Below are positions 36,644 through 47,279 of a stretch of 64,000 bases of DNA, piece after piece (within the stretch, counting starts at the first letter, position 1; every line of letters begins with the position of its first letter). The position numbers were made by a program, and so were the translations under genes. The notes under the pieces were generated by a model. That model was not told the origin of the DNA. It saw only the letters and a program-made list of their open reading frames with translations, and did no database searches. Source of the DNA: a bacterium (GTDB lineage: Bacteria; Patescibacteriota; Minisyncoccia; Minisyncoccales; JAGGXC01); the NCBI GenBank assembly GCA_021163265.1, contig JAGGXC010000023.1, positions 6,378 to 70,377 of the forward strand, written 5' to 3'.

Positions 36644-39600
36644 TTATCTCGCTCCCAACAATTGATTAAGTTTGGCACGAGTGGTTCTTCCAACTAAACC
36701 AGTCCCTTTAACGAGTCCCCACGGAGCCAGAATCTCCTGAGCATATTTCTCTTGAAAACGGATCACCGCTGATTTGGTTAAGAGACCAAAGTAATTTGTC
36801 TCTTTACCAGGAGAACCAGGACCTGAATTAGCTAATTTGGTGTCAGGATCAGAATTCAAAATGATTTGCAAACATTTAACATCCTCTCCTGTCATACCTT
36901 TTCTCAGATTCCTGTCAAATTTCGAGATAGTACACCTTGATATTGTCCCTGCTCCCTCCACTTGGGCCAATAACTGCTTAAGCTTAGCAATAGCACTCAT
37001 AATTTCGAAAATTTTCTCTTTTATCTCCTCAACAGTCATTTCTGAAATTGGCTTCTCAAAAGTCACAGTAGGAATCTCGGTAATCTCTCCTGCTTGTTTT
37101 GGTATAACTTCTTCTCCTCTAGCAAGAGTCGTAAAAGTCTGATTAGTATAAAATCCAACATTGCCACTCTCGTCTCGCGATTTAATTTGATAATGATAGG
37201 TTGTTTCTGGCAAAAGCCCAGACAAAGTAAGAGAATGGAAAGTAGTTGTAGTAGAAGTTTTTATTTCTAATCCATAATCAGTACTTGTGCCGTATAAAAC
37301 CCATGAAATGGAAGGTTCGTTTGTTTTCCAAGTAATAACAGCGTAAGTATCACCTGGCTTTGCTTCAATGTCAGAAATAGAAGGAGCAACAGTATCTCCT
37401 AAATTCTCTACTGATATCCCTCCCCCTCCGCTGCTTTCTTCTTCCGAAGAAGATTCACTAGGAGTAGCAGAAACTGCGTCGGTAGCTGCTGATTCTTGAT
37501 CAGCATCATTTGCCGCAGAAACCTTGTAATAATAAGTAGTTCCATTAGTTAATCCTGTATCAGTATAGGAAGTATTAGTGGTAGTAGCTAAAAAAGGATA
37601 TTGTGATCCAGATTTACGATAAATATAGTAGAAAGTTGCTCCAGAGGAGCTATCCCAGCTTAATGTTACCTGACTATCACCTGCGGTAGCGTTTAATCCT
37701 GTAGGAGTCGGAGGAGCACCCTCAGAGGATTTACTTGGAGCAAAAGCAGAAAAGTGATCAGTGGAAGCTCTTAGAGTAATTGATTGCAGTGTTGACCAAG
37801 TAGCATCGCTTGGAGTCAGAGTAACAGCAGTAGGAATCTCCACCCAGTTATTGGCTGTGCTGTCATAATAGGAAATCTTTAATTTTCTTGCTTCGTCTAT
37901 GCTAGAAATACCTTCAGCAGAAAGTTCTGATTTTGTCAATTTCATCTCTATATCAACGGATTGATTTAGATTAGTAATCGATCTTCCCTGGTTGTCTCCG
38001 CTGGAATAATAAGCGCTAATTTCTTTAGCTTTTGAAGAGAATATCTTTGCTCCTTGAGCTTCAGGAACTTTCATTGTATTCTGAACCCTTATAGCTACTT
38101 CTGTAGCTTCTGAACCAAGAGCGCCATTAGGAATCTCTACTTTTGTATCTGTTGTCTGAATAACACCTCCTTGAGAAGCCCGAATAGACTGCTCTTTTCT
38201 TTGAGGATTAAAGTCCACAGCAGATAAATTAATAGTAACCCCAGTAGCAGGAGCAGTAATCCTCAAAGGCGTAGAAAGACGATAACCCTCAGCCACCGCT
38301 TCAATTTTCCAGTCTCCCGAAGAAACATTTAATGTAAAAGATCCATCTGCATCAGATACTGTCTGTGCCCATCCTCCTTGACCATTGCTAGCCCAAACCA
38401 TCGCATTAGCTACCGGAGTTGAATTGTACTGAACGGTTCCTGAAATAGTAACACCTGCATTCCGACTTAAAGAAAGAGTTAAACCGGAAATATCAGAGTT
38501 AACAGTAGTGCTGGTTACTGATCCAGAATAACCAGCTTTTCCTACTCCGATGTCATACTCTCCCACTCTTAATCTCAAAGTAAAGGTACCATCTGGATTG
38601 ACCCTTGTTCCTCCTCCTCCATTTGGACCACCTGCCCACACAAAAGCATCGCTTGATGTGCCACTATCAACTGTAACTGTACCCGAAACAGTATAATAAC
38701 TCACACTGCTTAAGTCGATATTGATGGTAGTAGAGGCAGAAACCGTAACAGTAGTAGCCGGAATGGGACCAAAAGCAGGAATCCCTCCCTCAATAGTATA
38801 TTGAGTAGAACCACTGAAAGGAACTTCAATTTTGTAGACATCGTAACTGCTAGAAGTAGAAACTCTCACATCAGTAAAACTATGTCCAAGATTAGAATGA
38901 GCACCAATAAAAACATCTTCAAAGGTATTCCCTGGAGCAAGATGAATTTCCAGAATAGCGGTAGAGCGAGAAATATTTTGACCAGTCAAATCAGAATTAA
39001 CAGCGTTTCCACTATTTAGAATCCCTTTATAAATTTCTCCTCTGCCGGGAACTGCTGCATGAAGGTACAAATTGGAAAGTCCTTTTCTAATTTTAATACT
39101 GTAATTACCAGAGGTATCTGTCTTCGACCATCCTACACCGCTTCCAAACTCCCCTCGGGTAATCCAAACATCAACATCGCTCTGTGCTGATCCATTTTTA
39201 GTCACTTGTCCTGATATAGTAACAAAGTTGCTACTTTCCAAAGTAAAGTTTACAATCGGATTTTGGGAAGCTGTCACAGCAATATTGCTTTGTTCTGTCA
39301 GTTCTCCATATTCTCTGGCAAAGCCGCCAACATGATAATTAGAACAAAGAGGAACATACATTTTATAATATCCCTGGGAATCAGTAAAAGCATGACCTCC
39401 GCCAGGACCGCCTTCACACCAACAATAGATATCAACGCTAGCAACCCCATTACCTGATCCGTCTTTTACATATCCTTCAATATAGGAAGTCGGTGGCTCC
39501 AGTTTAATTGTTGTATCCAGACCTATATCAGTAAGATCAAAATCACTGCTTGAATCAACAAGAATATCTTTTTGAACCGGGAAAGGCATCATTAGACCTG

Positions 39601-41851
39601 TGATTTCAATTTTATAAGAGCCTTCAGTTACATAAAGATCAAAATATCCTTGCGAGTTGGCTTGAGCGGCACTAGATTTTCCATTAGCTTTTGGCTCAAA
39701 GGCTATAATCCACAATTCTCGATATTTAATAGCAGATAAGGGATTACCATCAGCTCCGACTATTCTTCCCCTAATTCTTCTATCTGCTTCAGTAAAAGTA
39801 AAGTTGGCAGATGCTGTAGGGGAACCAGCGCTAACAGTAACTGTTTGCGAAGAAGGATCCAACAACTGGCTTGTCCCACTAACAAATGGAGGAATATGAG
39901 CTTCTATTCGATAAGTTCCTTCGTCTGGTAAAGCAAGGGTGTAGTTTGTTGTACAAGAAGTATTAGTCTTAAAGAAAGAAGGTTGAGGACCTCCCGGACC
40001 CATTTCTGCTTCTACTCCTTCAGGTAAAGCCATTACTGCCACTAATTTGTTCTGCCCTTGAGATGTACAGCTTGTCCCTAATGTAATAGTTCCAGACACT
40101 TTATAAGCGGTAGTTCCCTGGAGAATTAAAACCTGAGGACTGGAAGTAGAATTCCCTATCTGGATCTCTGAGCCAGGAGCAGACAGATAAGCTCCAGAAG
40201 CATCAAAAGCCCAACTAAATCCCATTGAAGAAACATTAGGAACTGTATAGAGATAAGAAGAAGGATCAAAGCTCGTTCCATGAGAATCACCATCATAATA
40301 AACATCTTCTGATGTCATAGAACCAATAAATATCCTCATGTTGGTTGAGGTAGCTATAGGATTGGTGGTGGTAGAATCAACGATTTTGAAATAAAGATTA
40401 CCTAAAACGTCAAAAAATGATGACTCCTCAATATCTGAAATTATACCATCGGATGTTCTTACCTGAACTGGCCCTGACTGAGCACCGGCAGGCACAATAG
40501 CAGTAATAAAAGCATCAGACCAAGCAGTAGTGGAGGCTTCTACTGGCGGTAGAGGTCCTGTAGATGGATTAAATCCTCCACAGAAAAGAAGGGTGCCTGT
40601 AGCATTACCAAAATCAGAACCAGAGATAGTCACGGTAGCCCCGGTGGTAGTGGCATTTGGAGAAATAGAGGAAATTTGAGGGACAGAACCCGAATCTACT
40701 GATAGGGTTGTGGTGGAATAACTAAATGGAAACTGTTCATAGTTGGTATCCTGAATACCTGAGGCCGAGAAACTAATCTGAGAACCAACGGTAAGATCCA
40801 ATCCTCTTATTACAACTTGATTGCCAAAGAAATCTATAAAAGGATATCCGGGCTGGCCGCAATTGGAAAGAGTGGATCCATTTATCACGTAATTAGAACA
40901 GGTCATTACCTGATCTCCTCTCAGGGTTTTGTTGGTATTAAAAATTATTCTATCGCTGAGAGCTTTAATAGATGTTACTGATGGAAGAGCAGGCAAGCTG
41001 TATTGAACAAGAGAGCTTGAAGAATTACCCAAAACATCTATTTCTCCTAACCAGACAGAAGAATAATAACTATTTCCAATATTAAAATTGATCTGGCCTG
41101 ATTGACCTACTGAAGTGGTAGCTAGTAGTGTAGTCCCCCCTGCATCAGCATAAGCATAAAGAAGACCTATTTCCCCTACACTGCTTGTAGACTGTAAATA
41201 ATAGTTTCCTCCTTGATAAAAAGCCTTTATCGAACTAGTATTTGGAACTTGCGAATGAGTATCAGCAGGAAATGACTGAGTAGTAGTTGCATTGATACTT
41301 GCAGGCGTACTCGAAGCAATTACTCCATCTGTATCAATACTTACCTCAAATGCTTGACGCACAGCGCTTCCATTTTCGGGCCATCCATTATCTGTCCAGG
41401 AAGTAGAAGAAGCAGTTTTAACTATAACAAAAAACAACCCTTGAGCAGGAGTAGTAGTAGCAGAAGCAATATCAATAGTAGTAGTAACTCCTATTCCTGA
41501 AACAGTGGTCGTAGTTAAAACCACATCTAAAGAACCATCTGAATCTGTATCTTTTCCTACTCCTACCCAATCAAAACTGCTAGTAGAAAGCTCAGTAGGA
41601 GTAGCATTGGTAGAAGAAACAATAGTAATAATCACACTATCTAAATTTTCTGGTGGAGTGGAGGTAGAAGAAAGCTCTATCATCATAACAGATACCTCTG
41701 ACTCTGCTTTTATCTTTCCATTAACCTGAGGGTTCGGTATCAAAACTGTAGAAGTACCAGAAACTGCTGCCTGACAATCAGTAACGAAGAGGAATAAAAA
41801 AAATCCTCCAAAAAGGAGAAAAAAGAAAATTAGTTTTTTGAAATTGAACAT
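36644..41851 (-). CDS. Large secreted Ser/Thr-rich surface protein (IPT/TIG, carboxypeptidase-regulatory-like repeats, FN3, C-terminal PG-binding-like domain)
   Basis: Signal peptide; PQISSISP...VTISGSDFG; repeated I.G.V....G..V..TD..G.Y; PPTPTGLNATAGDSQVTLSW; YFGLLTKSAVIRFQEKY. Confidence 0.8.
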   Translation of the reverse strand: MFNFKKLIFFFLLFGGFFLFLFVTDCQAAVSGTSTVLIPNPQVNGKIKAESEVSVMMIELSSTSTPPENLDSVIITIVSSTNATPTELSTSSFDWVGVGKDTDSDGSLDVVLTTTTVSGIGVTTTIDIASATTTPAQGLFFVIVKTASSTSWTDNGWPENGSAVRQAFEVSIDTDGVIASSTPASINATTTQSFPADTHSQVPNTSSIKAFYQGGNYYLQSTSSVGEIGLLYAYADAGGTTLLATTSVGQSGQINFNIGNSYYSSVWLGEIDVLGNSSSSLVQYSLPALPSVTSIKALSDRIIFNTNKTLRGDQVMTCSNYVINGSTLSNCGQPGYPFIDFFGNQVVIRGLDLTVGSQISFSASGIQDTNYEQFPFSYSTTTLSVDSGSVPQISSISPNATTTGATVTISGSDFGNATGTLLFCGGFNPSTGPLPPVEASTTAWSDAFITAIVPAGAQSGPVQVRTSDGIISDIEESSFFDVLGNLYFKIVDSTTTNPIATSTNMRIFIGSMTSEDVYYDGDSHGTSFDPSSYLYTVPNVSSMGFSWAFDASGAYLSAPGSEIQIGNSTSSPQVLILQGTTAYKVSGTITLGTSCTSQGQNKLVAVMALPEGVEAEMGPGGPQPSFFKTNTSCTTNYTLALPDEGTYRIEAHIPPFVSGTSQLLDPSSQTVTVSAGSPTASANFTFTEADRRIRGRIVGADGNPLSAIKYRELWIIAFEPKANGKSSAAQANSQGYFDLYVTEGSYKIEITGLMMPFPVQKDILVDSSSDFDLTDIGLDTTIKLEPPTSYIEGYVKDGSGNGVASVDIYCWCEGGPGGGHAFTDSQGYYKMYVPLCSNYHVGGFAREYGELTEQSNIAVTASQNPIVNFTLESSNFVTISGQVTKNGSAQSDVDVWITRGEFGSGVGWSKTDTSGNYSIKIRKGLSNLYLHAAVPGRGEIYKGILNSGNAVNSDLTGQNISRSTAILEIHLAPGNTFEDVFIGAHSNLGHSFTDVRVSTSSSYDVYKIEVPFSGSTQYTIEGGIPAFGPIPATTVTVSASTTINIDLSSVSYYTVSGTVTVDSGTSSDAFVWAGGPNGGGGTRVNPDGTFTLRLRVGEYDIGVGKAGYSGSVTSTTVNSDISGLTLSLSRNAGVTISGTVQYNSTPVANAMVWASNGQGGWAQTVSDADGSFTLNVSSGDWKIEAVAEGYRLSTPLRITAPATGVTINLSAVDFNPQRKEQSIRASQGGVIQTTDTKVEIPNGALGSEATEVAIRVQNTMKVPEAQGAKIFSSKAKEISAYYSSGDNQGRSITNLNQSVDIEMKLTKSELSAEGISSIDEARKLKISYYDSTANNWVEIPTAVTLTPSDATWSTLQSITLRASTDHFSAFAPSKSSEGAPPTPTGLNATAGDSQVTLSWDSSSGATFYYIYRKSGSQYPFLATTTNTSYTDTGLTNGTTYYYKVSAANDADQESAATDAVSATPSESSSEEESSGGGGISVENLGDTVAPSISDIEAKPGDTYAVITWKTNEPSISWVLYGTSTDYGLEIKTSTTTTFHSLTLSGLLPETTYHYQIKSRDESGNVGFYTNQTFTTLARGEEVIPKQAGEITEIPTVTFEKPISEMTVEEIKEKIFEIMSAIAKLKQLLAQVEGAGTISRCTISKFDRNLRKGMTGEDVKCLQIILNSDPDTKLANSGPGSPGKETNYFGLLTKSAVIRFQEKYAQEILAPWGLVKGTGLVGRTTRAKLNQLLGAR

Positions 41852-41976
41852 AAACCCAGAAGAATTAATTTTTGGACATTATAAAATTTTCGCACATCAA
41901 AAAACCTTGTCAAGATAGCATACTCACAATTACCCAACTTTACTTAACACCCAGAGATGAGTAAGGTCGGAGAGAA

Positions 41977-43743
41977 TTATCTAGTGACTAGTAAAGCGTT
42001 AATTTTCTTACGAGTCATTGGTCCAACAAACCCAGTTCCCTTCTCTAATCCTAATGGATCCAGAATTTCTTCTCTATATTTTTCTTGAAAACGAATCACT
42101 GCTGCTTTTGTAAGACTAAGAAAGTTTCCTGTAACAAGGCCTTCAGGATATATATCAGAACCTTGAGATTTTAAAAATTCTTGTAAGCATCTCACTTGAG
42201 GATTATGCATCATTCCGAAATAAAGATTTTGATAAAAACCATCACATCCAATCCTCGATTGATTATCTTCTTTATTCTCAATTACTGCCAGTTGAGCTTT
42301 TAACTGATTCAAAAGTTCGGTAAGCTCAGCAATTTTGGCTACCAACTCTTCTTTGGTCATTTCTCCAATTGGTTTTTCCAAATATTTAGAATTAACTTGA
42401 GACAAGCTCTCTTTTTTCTTCTCCTCATATATAGTAGAAGCCTCCCAGAAAAAAGGAATTTCAGGCTCAGAATCTGAGAAATCTGAGATTTTTGTCTCTG
42501 CTAAGGGAATAATAGTTACCGAAGTAATGCTCTCTCCTATTTCAGGAACAGTAATCTCTCCTCTTTGCTCTTTGTCAAGATCAAAGAATCCAAGAGACCA
42601 GTTACCAGAAATATCCCTTAAGAGATAGGGTACTCTAAATAAATTCTGAGGATTGCCGATGAATTTTATTTTTAAAACTCCTTTCCCTCCAATAAACTTA
42701 AACCAATTACCTGTCCAGTTCTTGGTTGTTTGATTAACTCCTAAACTACTCTTCCCTCGAAGAGGTAAAAAATTAATCAAAGGAGTAACTCTAATATTTA
42801 AAAGATTTTTGTTTTTAAAACAGTATTCTCTTCCTAAAGAACAATCATTAGCCAATACCGCAATTGCCCAATCAGTAAAGATATCTGAAAAACTTTTTTG
42901 AAACCCATTCTTTACGAGAGCTTCGTTGATACTTGCAATTCCTGTCTTATTTGAATGTAGAGAATCTACAAGTATTTCTATCCCATATTTCTCTACAAGA
43001 TAATGCACAAACATACTCAAAGCACCGTAATCAGCAGAAACGCCCTTCCATTCTGTAATTGAATCTGACGGATTTCTTAGAAAAGTATTTACTCTATCTT
43101 GAAAATAACTACCCACATATTGGTCGTCATATCCTAATAAAGTAGGGGCGTATTCAGCTCTTGCTTCGTTCAACCAGACATCTTCTTTTGCTTTGTACTT
43201 TCTTTCTTTCTGGTTAAAGGTAATTAGATGGACAAACTCGTGAGCCAAGAAGCTTTTAGCCAAAGGACTAGTAATGTATTCCGCGTTTAAATAAAGCATT
43301 TCTCTTTCATTAGAATTAGGAGCCTGAATCCTAGAATATTCATCAGTATCTCTAAAGTATCCGCGCGCCTCTTTCTTCATTGGATGAATCAACACGGTAA
43401 TATTGTAATCTTTATCAATACCGGGCCTCCATTCAGAACCAAAGGTAGATGTTAAAGTAGGATAAATCACATAATAAAATTCTTCTCCCAAAGAATTCAG
43501 AGATTCTTCTATTTTTTGTTTCTCCTGCGAATCAAGAGATCTCCACCAGCTGTTATCAATATAAAAATTTATCTTTTGTGTCTGGAGTTTTAAAGTGGCA
43601 AGCAACTCGTTTCTTCCTGATGCATCGTAAGAAGGATCAACAAAAAAATTCACTTGTTGACCCAAAGTATCAGCAGAAACAATAACAGGTAAAAAAACAA
43701 AAAACAATCCAATAAAAATTAACTTTATGTCATTCCTCATCAA
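41977..43743 (-). CDS. Secreted HExxH zinc metallopeptidase (M30-like) with C-terminal PG-binding-like domain
   Basis: Signal peptide, SNEREMLY, LAHEFVHLI, WLNEARAE; C-terminal LTKAAVIRFQEKY. Confidence 0.78.
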   Translation of the reverse strand: MMRNDIKLIFIGLFFVFLPVIVSADTLGQQVNFFVDPSYDASGRNELLATLKLQTQKINFYIDNSWWRSLDSQEKQKIEESLNSLGEEFYYVIYPTLTSTFGSEWRPGIDKDYNITVLIHPMKKEARGYFRDTDEYSRIQAPNSNEREMLYLNAEYITSPLAKSFLAHEFVHLITFNQKERKYKAKEDVWLNEARAEYAPTLLGYDDQYVGSYFQDRVNTFLRNPSDSITEWKGVSADYGALSMFVHYLVEKYGIEILVDSLHSNKTGIASINEALVKNGFQKSFSDIFTDWAIAVLANDCSLGREYCFKNKNLLNIRVTPLINFLPLRGKSSLGVNQTTKNWTGNWFKFIGGKGVLKIKFIGNPQNLFRVPYLLRDISGNWSLGFFDLDKEQRGEITVPEIGESITSVTIIPLAETKISDFSDSEPEIPFFWEASTIYEEKKKESLSQVNSKYLEKPIGEMTKEELVAKIAELTELLNQLKAQLAVIENKEDNQSRIGCDGFYQNLYFGMMHNPQVRCLQEFLKSQGSDIYPEGLVTGNFLSLTKAAVIRFQEKYREEILDPLGLEKGTGFVGPMTRKKINALLVTR

Positions 43744-43780
43744 AATTTATTTTAACAAAAAATAATATGCATGCAAGAAA

Positions 43781-43824
43781 GAAAAAGAAACACTGCCCGC
43801 ATCTGCGGGCAGTGTTTCTTTTTC
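43781..43824 (-). terminator. Strong intrinsic terminator of the S-layer-like gene
   Basis: Perfect 20-bp inverted repeat GAAAAAGAAACACTGCCCGC-ATCT-GCGGGCAGTGTTTCTTTTTC. Confidence 0.85.
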
Positions 43825-43874
43825 AATCCCCCGCGCCGCCACAAGGAAACGTGGGGGTCCGTTTCTATCAACTA

Positions 43875-46800
43875 CTAGAAGGTCAGCACTCCTCCAAGAA
43901 CTGGTGAAGCAAAGGTTCTGGTAGTTTCAATGGCTGCAGACACACCATCATCCCAGTTAAAGTCAGTACCGTCAGCAATGTAGAACTGAGCAACTGTTCC
44001 TGGGTTACCGCCTGAACCAGCAGAAGCATCCCGAGTATCACCAATTACATAGAATGTCTTGGTAGCGCCAGCAGGAATTGCTTTAGGGGAACTTAGAGTG
44101 AATGTCAATTTCTTACCATTAATCGTATCGGCAACAGTCATTGAAGAAGTGGCCAAAACAGTACTCAGATCGCTACTATCATACAAAGAGAATATTCTCG
44201 TCTGAGACGGTGTGGCATGACCTGTACCTGCGCTCCAGCTAATGGTAGTAGTTACTCCATTCAGGTAAGCAGTGTAATCACCAATATTGGTCACGTCAAA
44301 GTAGAAGACATGATCATACTGGCTTGGGAAGTCGCTTCCTGAAGGAGTACTAGCATTAGCCGCAACGGTTACACCAGTCTTGTAGATGTACATCGGATTA
44401 CCTGCGTAAATACCTGTGGTAGTTGCTGTACTTCCGCTGATAGCTCCTTTATAAGTAATTCCCGCAGTGAGACCACTTGCGCTACTGGTATTAATATTCA
44501 ATGCTACGCTTGAACCAGAACTAGCATAAATGATGTAATTGATCTTTGCTTTCACCATCAAGTTCTTGGTGGTACCTTTAGTGATTATCCATGGATCGCT
44601 TGTAAGATCAAAGATAGCTCTTCCGTGACTGTCAAGAGAAGTCAAAGTAGAACCAATCTGAGTAGAACCATCCCATAAACTAATATCATAGATAGAACTT
44701 GTTGGTGCACCACCTCCCAGACTTGCGGTATATACTATCCTTGTCACCTCTATATCTTCTCCTAAACCAGCTGTAAACTTGGTTTGGGTAAAGTCAATAA
44801 GATCACCCGTACCAGCAATTACATTAGCTGAAATTGGAGTATCATCTCCTTGAGCCACTATTAAACTACCACTATCTGCTATGTGTATAGTCTGACCATT
44901 AACATTCTGAGTGTAGTTCACAGAATTATTTGTAGTCTTACCAGTTCCATCAACTTCATCTATCACTATATAACCACCATTAGCAGTGGAAGTGGTAGTC
45001 TTAATATCAGCATAAATGTATATCGGCAACTGCTGAGAAGCCTCAAGACTAATGTAAGGAGAAGGATAGAAAGTGTAGGTAGAACCGCTTGTCAAGGAAG
45101 ATTGAGTAGAACCAATCTGAGTACCGGTCTCTTTCAAGCCGTTATAAACTTTCAAGTTGGTCAAGTTACCAAATCCAAGAGTTCCATCATCTGTTATCTT
45201 GATAGCAGTAATATCAGCACCTTCCGATGCTCCAGCAGTAATAATGAAGGCACCAACCAAGGCTTCTGTCTGACCAGGAACACCGGTTGGATTTGAAGCT
45301 GACCAGTTGCTTACAGCGCTGTTTTGAGCAACAGTTAAGCTTCCAGACTTAATTGTCAATTGATTACCAGCTGAGCTTACTGAGCTTACTGAAGCCAATG
45401 AATCTCTTCCGGTAGCACTCACAGAGTGAATCTTTACAGTAAGTGTCTCGTTACCAGTGTATGAATTACCATTTGCTTTCTTAACATCAGATTTAATCTC
45501 TATTGTGTGTTCCTGACCGTCAGCAGGTACAATGAAAGTACTGCCAAAAGTAAATGTAGTTGCACCAGCAGCTGCATCAGTAGCAGAAGAAGATGCATTC
45601 TTGGTAGATCCCTTCTGAGAACCATCAAAGTATACTTTCATCTGATATAAACCACTTGTACCAATTGATCCGTAAGTGTGAATTACCATCGAACTAATCT
45701 TTACATCTTCTCCGCTAGCTTTAACAGCAAACTTAGCAAGACTTACGTTGGTTCCATCGAGAGGAATATTTCCGCTTGGAGAATCAGAAGCTCTGGTCAA
45801 TGTCAGCTTACCAGTGTTGATGGTAGAAGCAGTGGCTTTCAAAACTGTCCATCCTGAAGCATTAGGTTTGATGTAGACACCATAACCTTGATCATATGCT
45901 TCAATATCGGTCTGCTCCTGAATTGAGAATTGGAAAGTTCTGTTGGTACCTCCAACAATATCAGCTCTCAGATGCATATTCTTGGTCACACCCTTGTCAA
46001 TCACCAATGGGTTGCTACCAAAATCAAATGTTACTGTCTTGTCACTTGCCATATCAGCAATAGTGTCAAGCAGTTGTGTACCGCCATCATATAACTTGAA
46101 GTTCTTCAAGTCACCGGCAGCAGTAGAACCCATATTGGTGAACTTGATCTTTCTGATCTCAATCTTCTGATCCATCGCAGTCAAATTAAAGTTGAATACC
46201 TCAAAATTATCCTGAGGATCAACGCTAGCAGATGGATCAGTGGAAGTAGCAACAGTTAACTTTCCAAGGTCAGAAGCAGTAGCAGTAGTCAGGGTATTTC
46301 CAGTGATTGGGAAACTGCCACTAACCTCTACACCATCTGTAATATAATCGGCAGAATCTATGCTGAAGTAGAATGTCTTTCCTGAACCAGTACCGTTAGC
46401 CAAATCAAACTTGAAAGTAATAGTCTTTGTTCCTCCGGCGGGAACAGTAAACAATCCACTGGAGTTCTCGAAGACCATTACTTTATCAGAGAAAGAATTG
46501 TATTCAGCTAACTTAGTATCGCCATCATAAAGATAACCTTGAGCAATATCGCTATCAGCAGAAATTCCGTTTCTCTTTATCTTCAGAGTGGTTATTGTTA
46601 CATCTGAATCAGTTCCATTAGAGAATGTAACTTTTAAAGCTGGAATTAATGCCTGAGCTCCATCATTTGAAGTGCTGTCAGCAACGATGGTACCTGCAGC
46701 AGGCGTATCAGCAGCTAAAGCTACTGAGAATTCTCCGGTTGTAACACCACCTGTTTCACCTCCAGTCTCGCCACCTGTTTCACCACCTGTTTCGCCGCCT

Positions 46801-47279
46801 CCTGCACCAGCACTCAGAAGCTCATTCAGCTTTGCTCGAGTTGTGGAACCAACAAACCCAGTTCCGCTTGTTAAACCCCAAGGAGAAAGAACTTCTGCTG
46901 CGTATTTCTCTTGGAATTTAATAACAGCTGCCTTGGTCAAAGGACCAAAGTAGGAAGTCTCATTACCAGGAGAACCTGGACCTGAGTCAGCTACTTTTGT
47001 GTCAGGATCAGAGTTAAGTACTATCTGTAAGCACTTAACATCATCTCCTGTCATTCCCATACTCAGGTTGCGGTCAAAGCTGGTAATGGTACACCCTGTA
47101 ATTGTAGCAGCTCCTCCTCCTTGTATTGCGGCTAACTGAGCTTGAAGTTGAGCCAACTGAGCAAGTAATGCATCAATCTGAGCCTGCAGCTCTTCAGCAG
47201 TAACAGCACTTGCACTCGGAGCTATTGCCCAAAATGAAATGCTTAATGCTAATGCGAATGCGAATAACTTTTTTAACAT
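43875..47279 (-). CDS. Probable major surface/S-layer protein with N-terminal PG-binding-like domain
   Basis: Signal peptide, coiled coil, YFGPLTKAAVIKFQEKY domain, GGET linker, repeated Thr/Ser/Gly beta-sandwich modules; own promoter, long leader and strong terminator. Confidence 0.7.
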   Translation of the reverse strand: MLKKLFAFALALSISFWAIAPSASAVTAEELQAQIDALLAQLAQLQAQLAAIQGGGAATITGCTITSFDRNLSMGMTGDDVKCLQIVLNSDPDTKVADSGPGSPGNETSYFGPLTKAAVIKFQEKYAAEVLSPWGLTSGTGFVGSTTRAKLNELLSAGAGGGETGGETGGETGGETGGVTTGEFSVALAADTPAAGTIVADSTSNDGAQALIPALKVTFSNGTDSDVTITTLKIKRNGISADSDIAQGYLYDGDTKLAEYNSFSDKVMVFENSSGLFTVPAGGTKTITFKFDLANGTGSGKTFYFSIDSADYITDGVEVSGSFPITGNTLTTATASDLGKLTVATSTDPSASVDPQDNFEVFNFNLTAMDQKIEIRKIKFTNMGSTAAGDLKNFKLYDGGTQLLDTIADMASDKTVTFDFGSNPLVIDKGVTKNMHLRADIVGGTNRTFQFSIQEQTDIEAYDQGYGVYIKPNASGWTVLKATASTINTGKLTLTRASDSPSGNIPLDGTNVSLAKFAVKASGEDVKISSMVIHTYGSIGTSGLYQMKVYFDGSQKGSTKNASSSATDAAAGATTFTFGSTFIVPADGQEHTIEIKSDVKKANGNSYTGNETLTVKIHSVSATGRDSLASVSSVSSAGNQLTIKSGSLTVAQNSAVSNWSASNPTGVPGQTEALVGAFIITAGASEGADITAIKITDDGTLGFGNLTNLKVYNGLKETGTQIGSTQSSLTSGSTYTFYPSPYISLEASQQLPIYIYADIKTTTSTANGGYIVIDEVDGTGKTTNNSVNYTQNVNGQTIHIADSGSLIVAQGDDTPISANVIAGTGDLIDFTQTKFTAGLGEDIEVTRIVYTASLGGGAPTSSIYDISLWDGSTQIGSTLTSLDSHGRAIFDLTSDPWIITKGTTKNLMVKAKINYIIYASSGSSVALNINTSSASGLTAGITYKGAISGSTATTTGIYAGNPMYIYKTGVTVAANASTPSGSDFPSQYDHVFYFDVTNIGDYTAYLNGVTTTISWSAGTGHATPSQTRIFSLYDSSDLSTVLATSSMTVADTINGKKLTFTLSSPKAIPAGATKTFYVIGDTRDASAGSGGNPGTVAQFYIADGTDFNWDDGVSAAIETTRTFASPVLGGVLTF
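46747..46800 (-). repeat. 12-bp degenerate tandem repeat encoding a (GGET)4 linker
   Basis: GGGETGGETGGETGGETGG in the protein; CCACCTGTTTC units in the DNA. Confidence 0.85.

Noticed and set aside
43828-43857. Second GC-rich hairpin between the S-layer stop and its terminator
   Set aside because: Probably a 3' UTR stability element; there is no promoter or other evidence for a separate RNA
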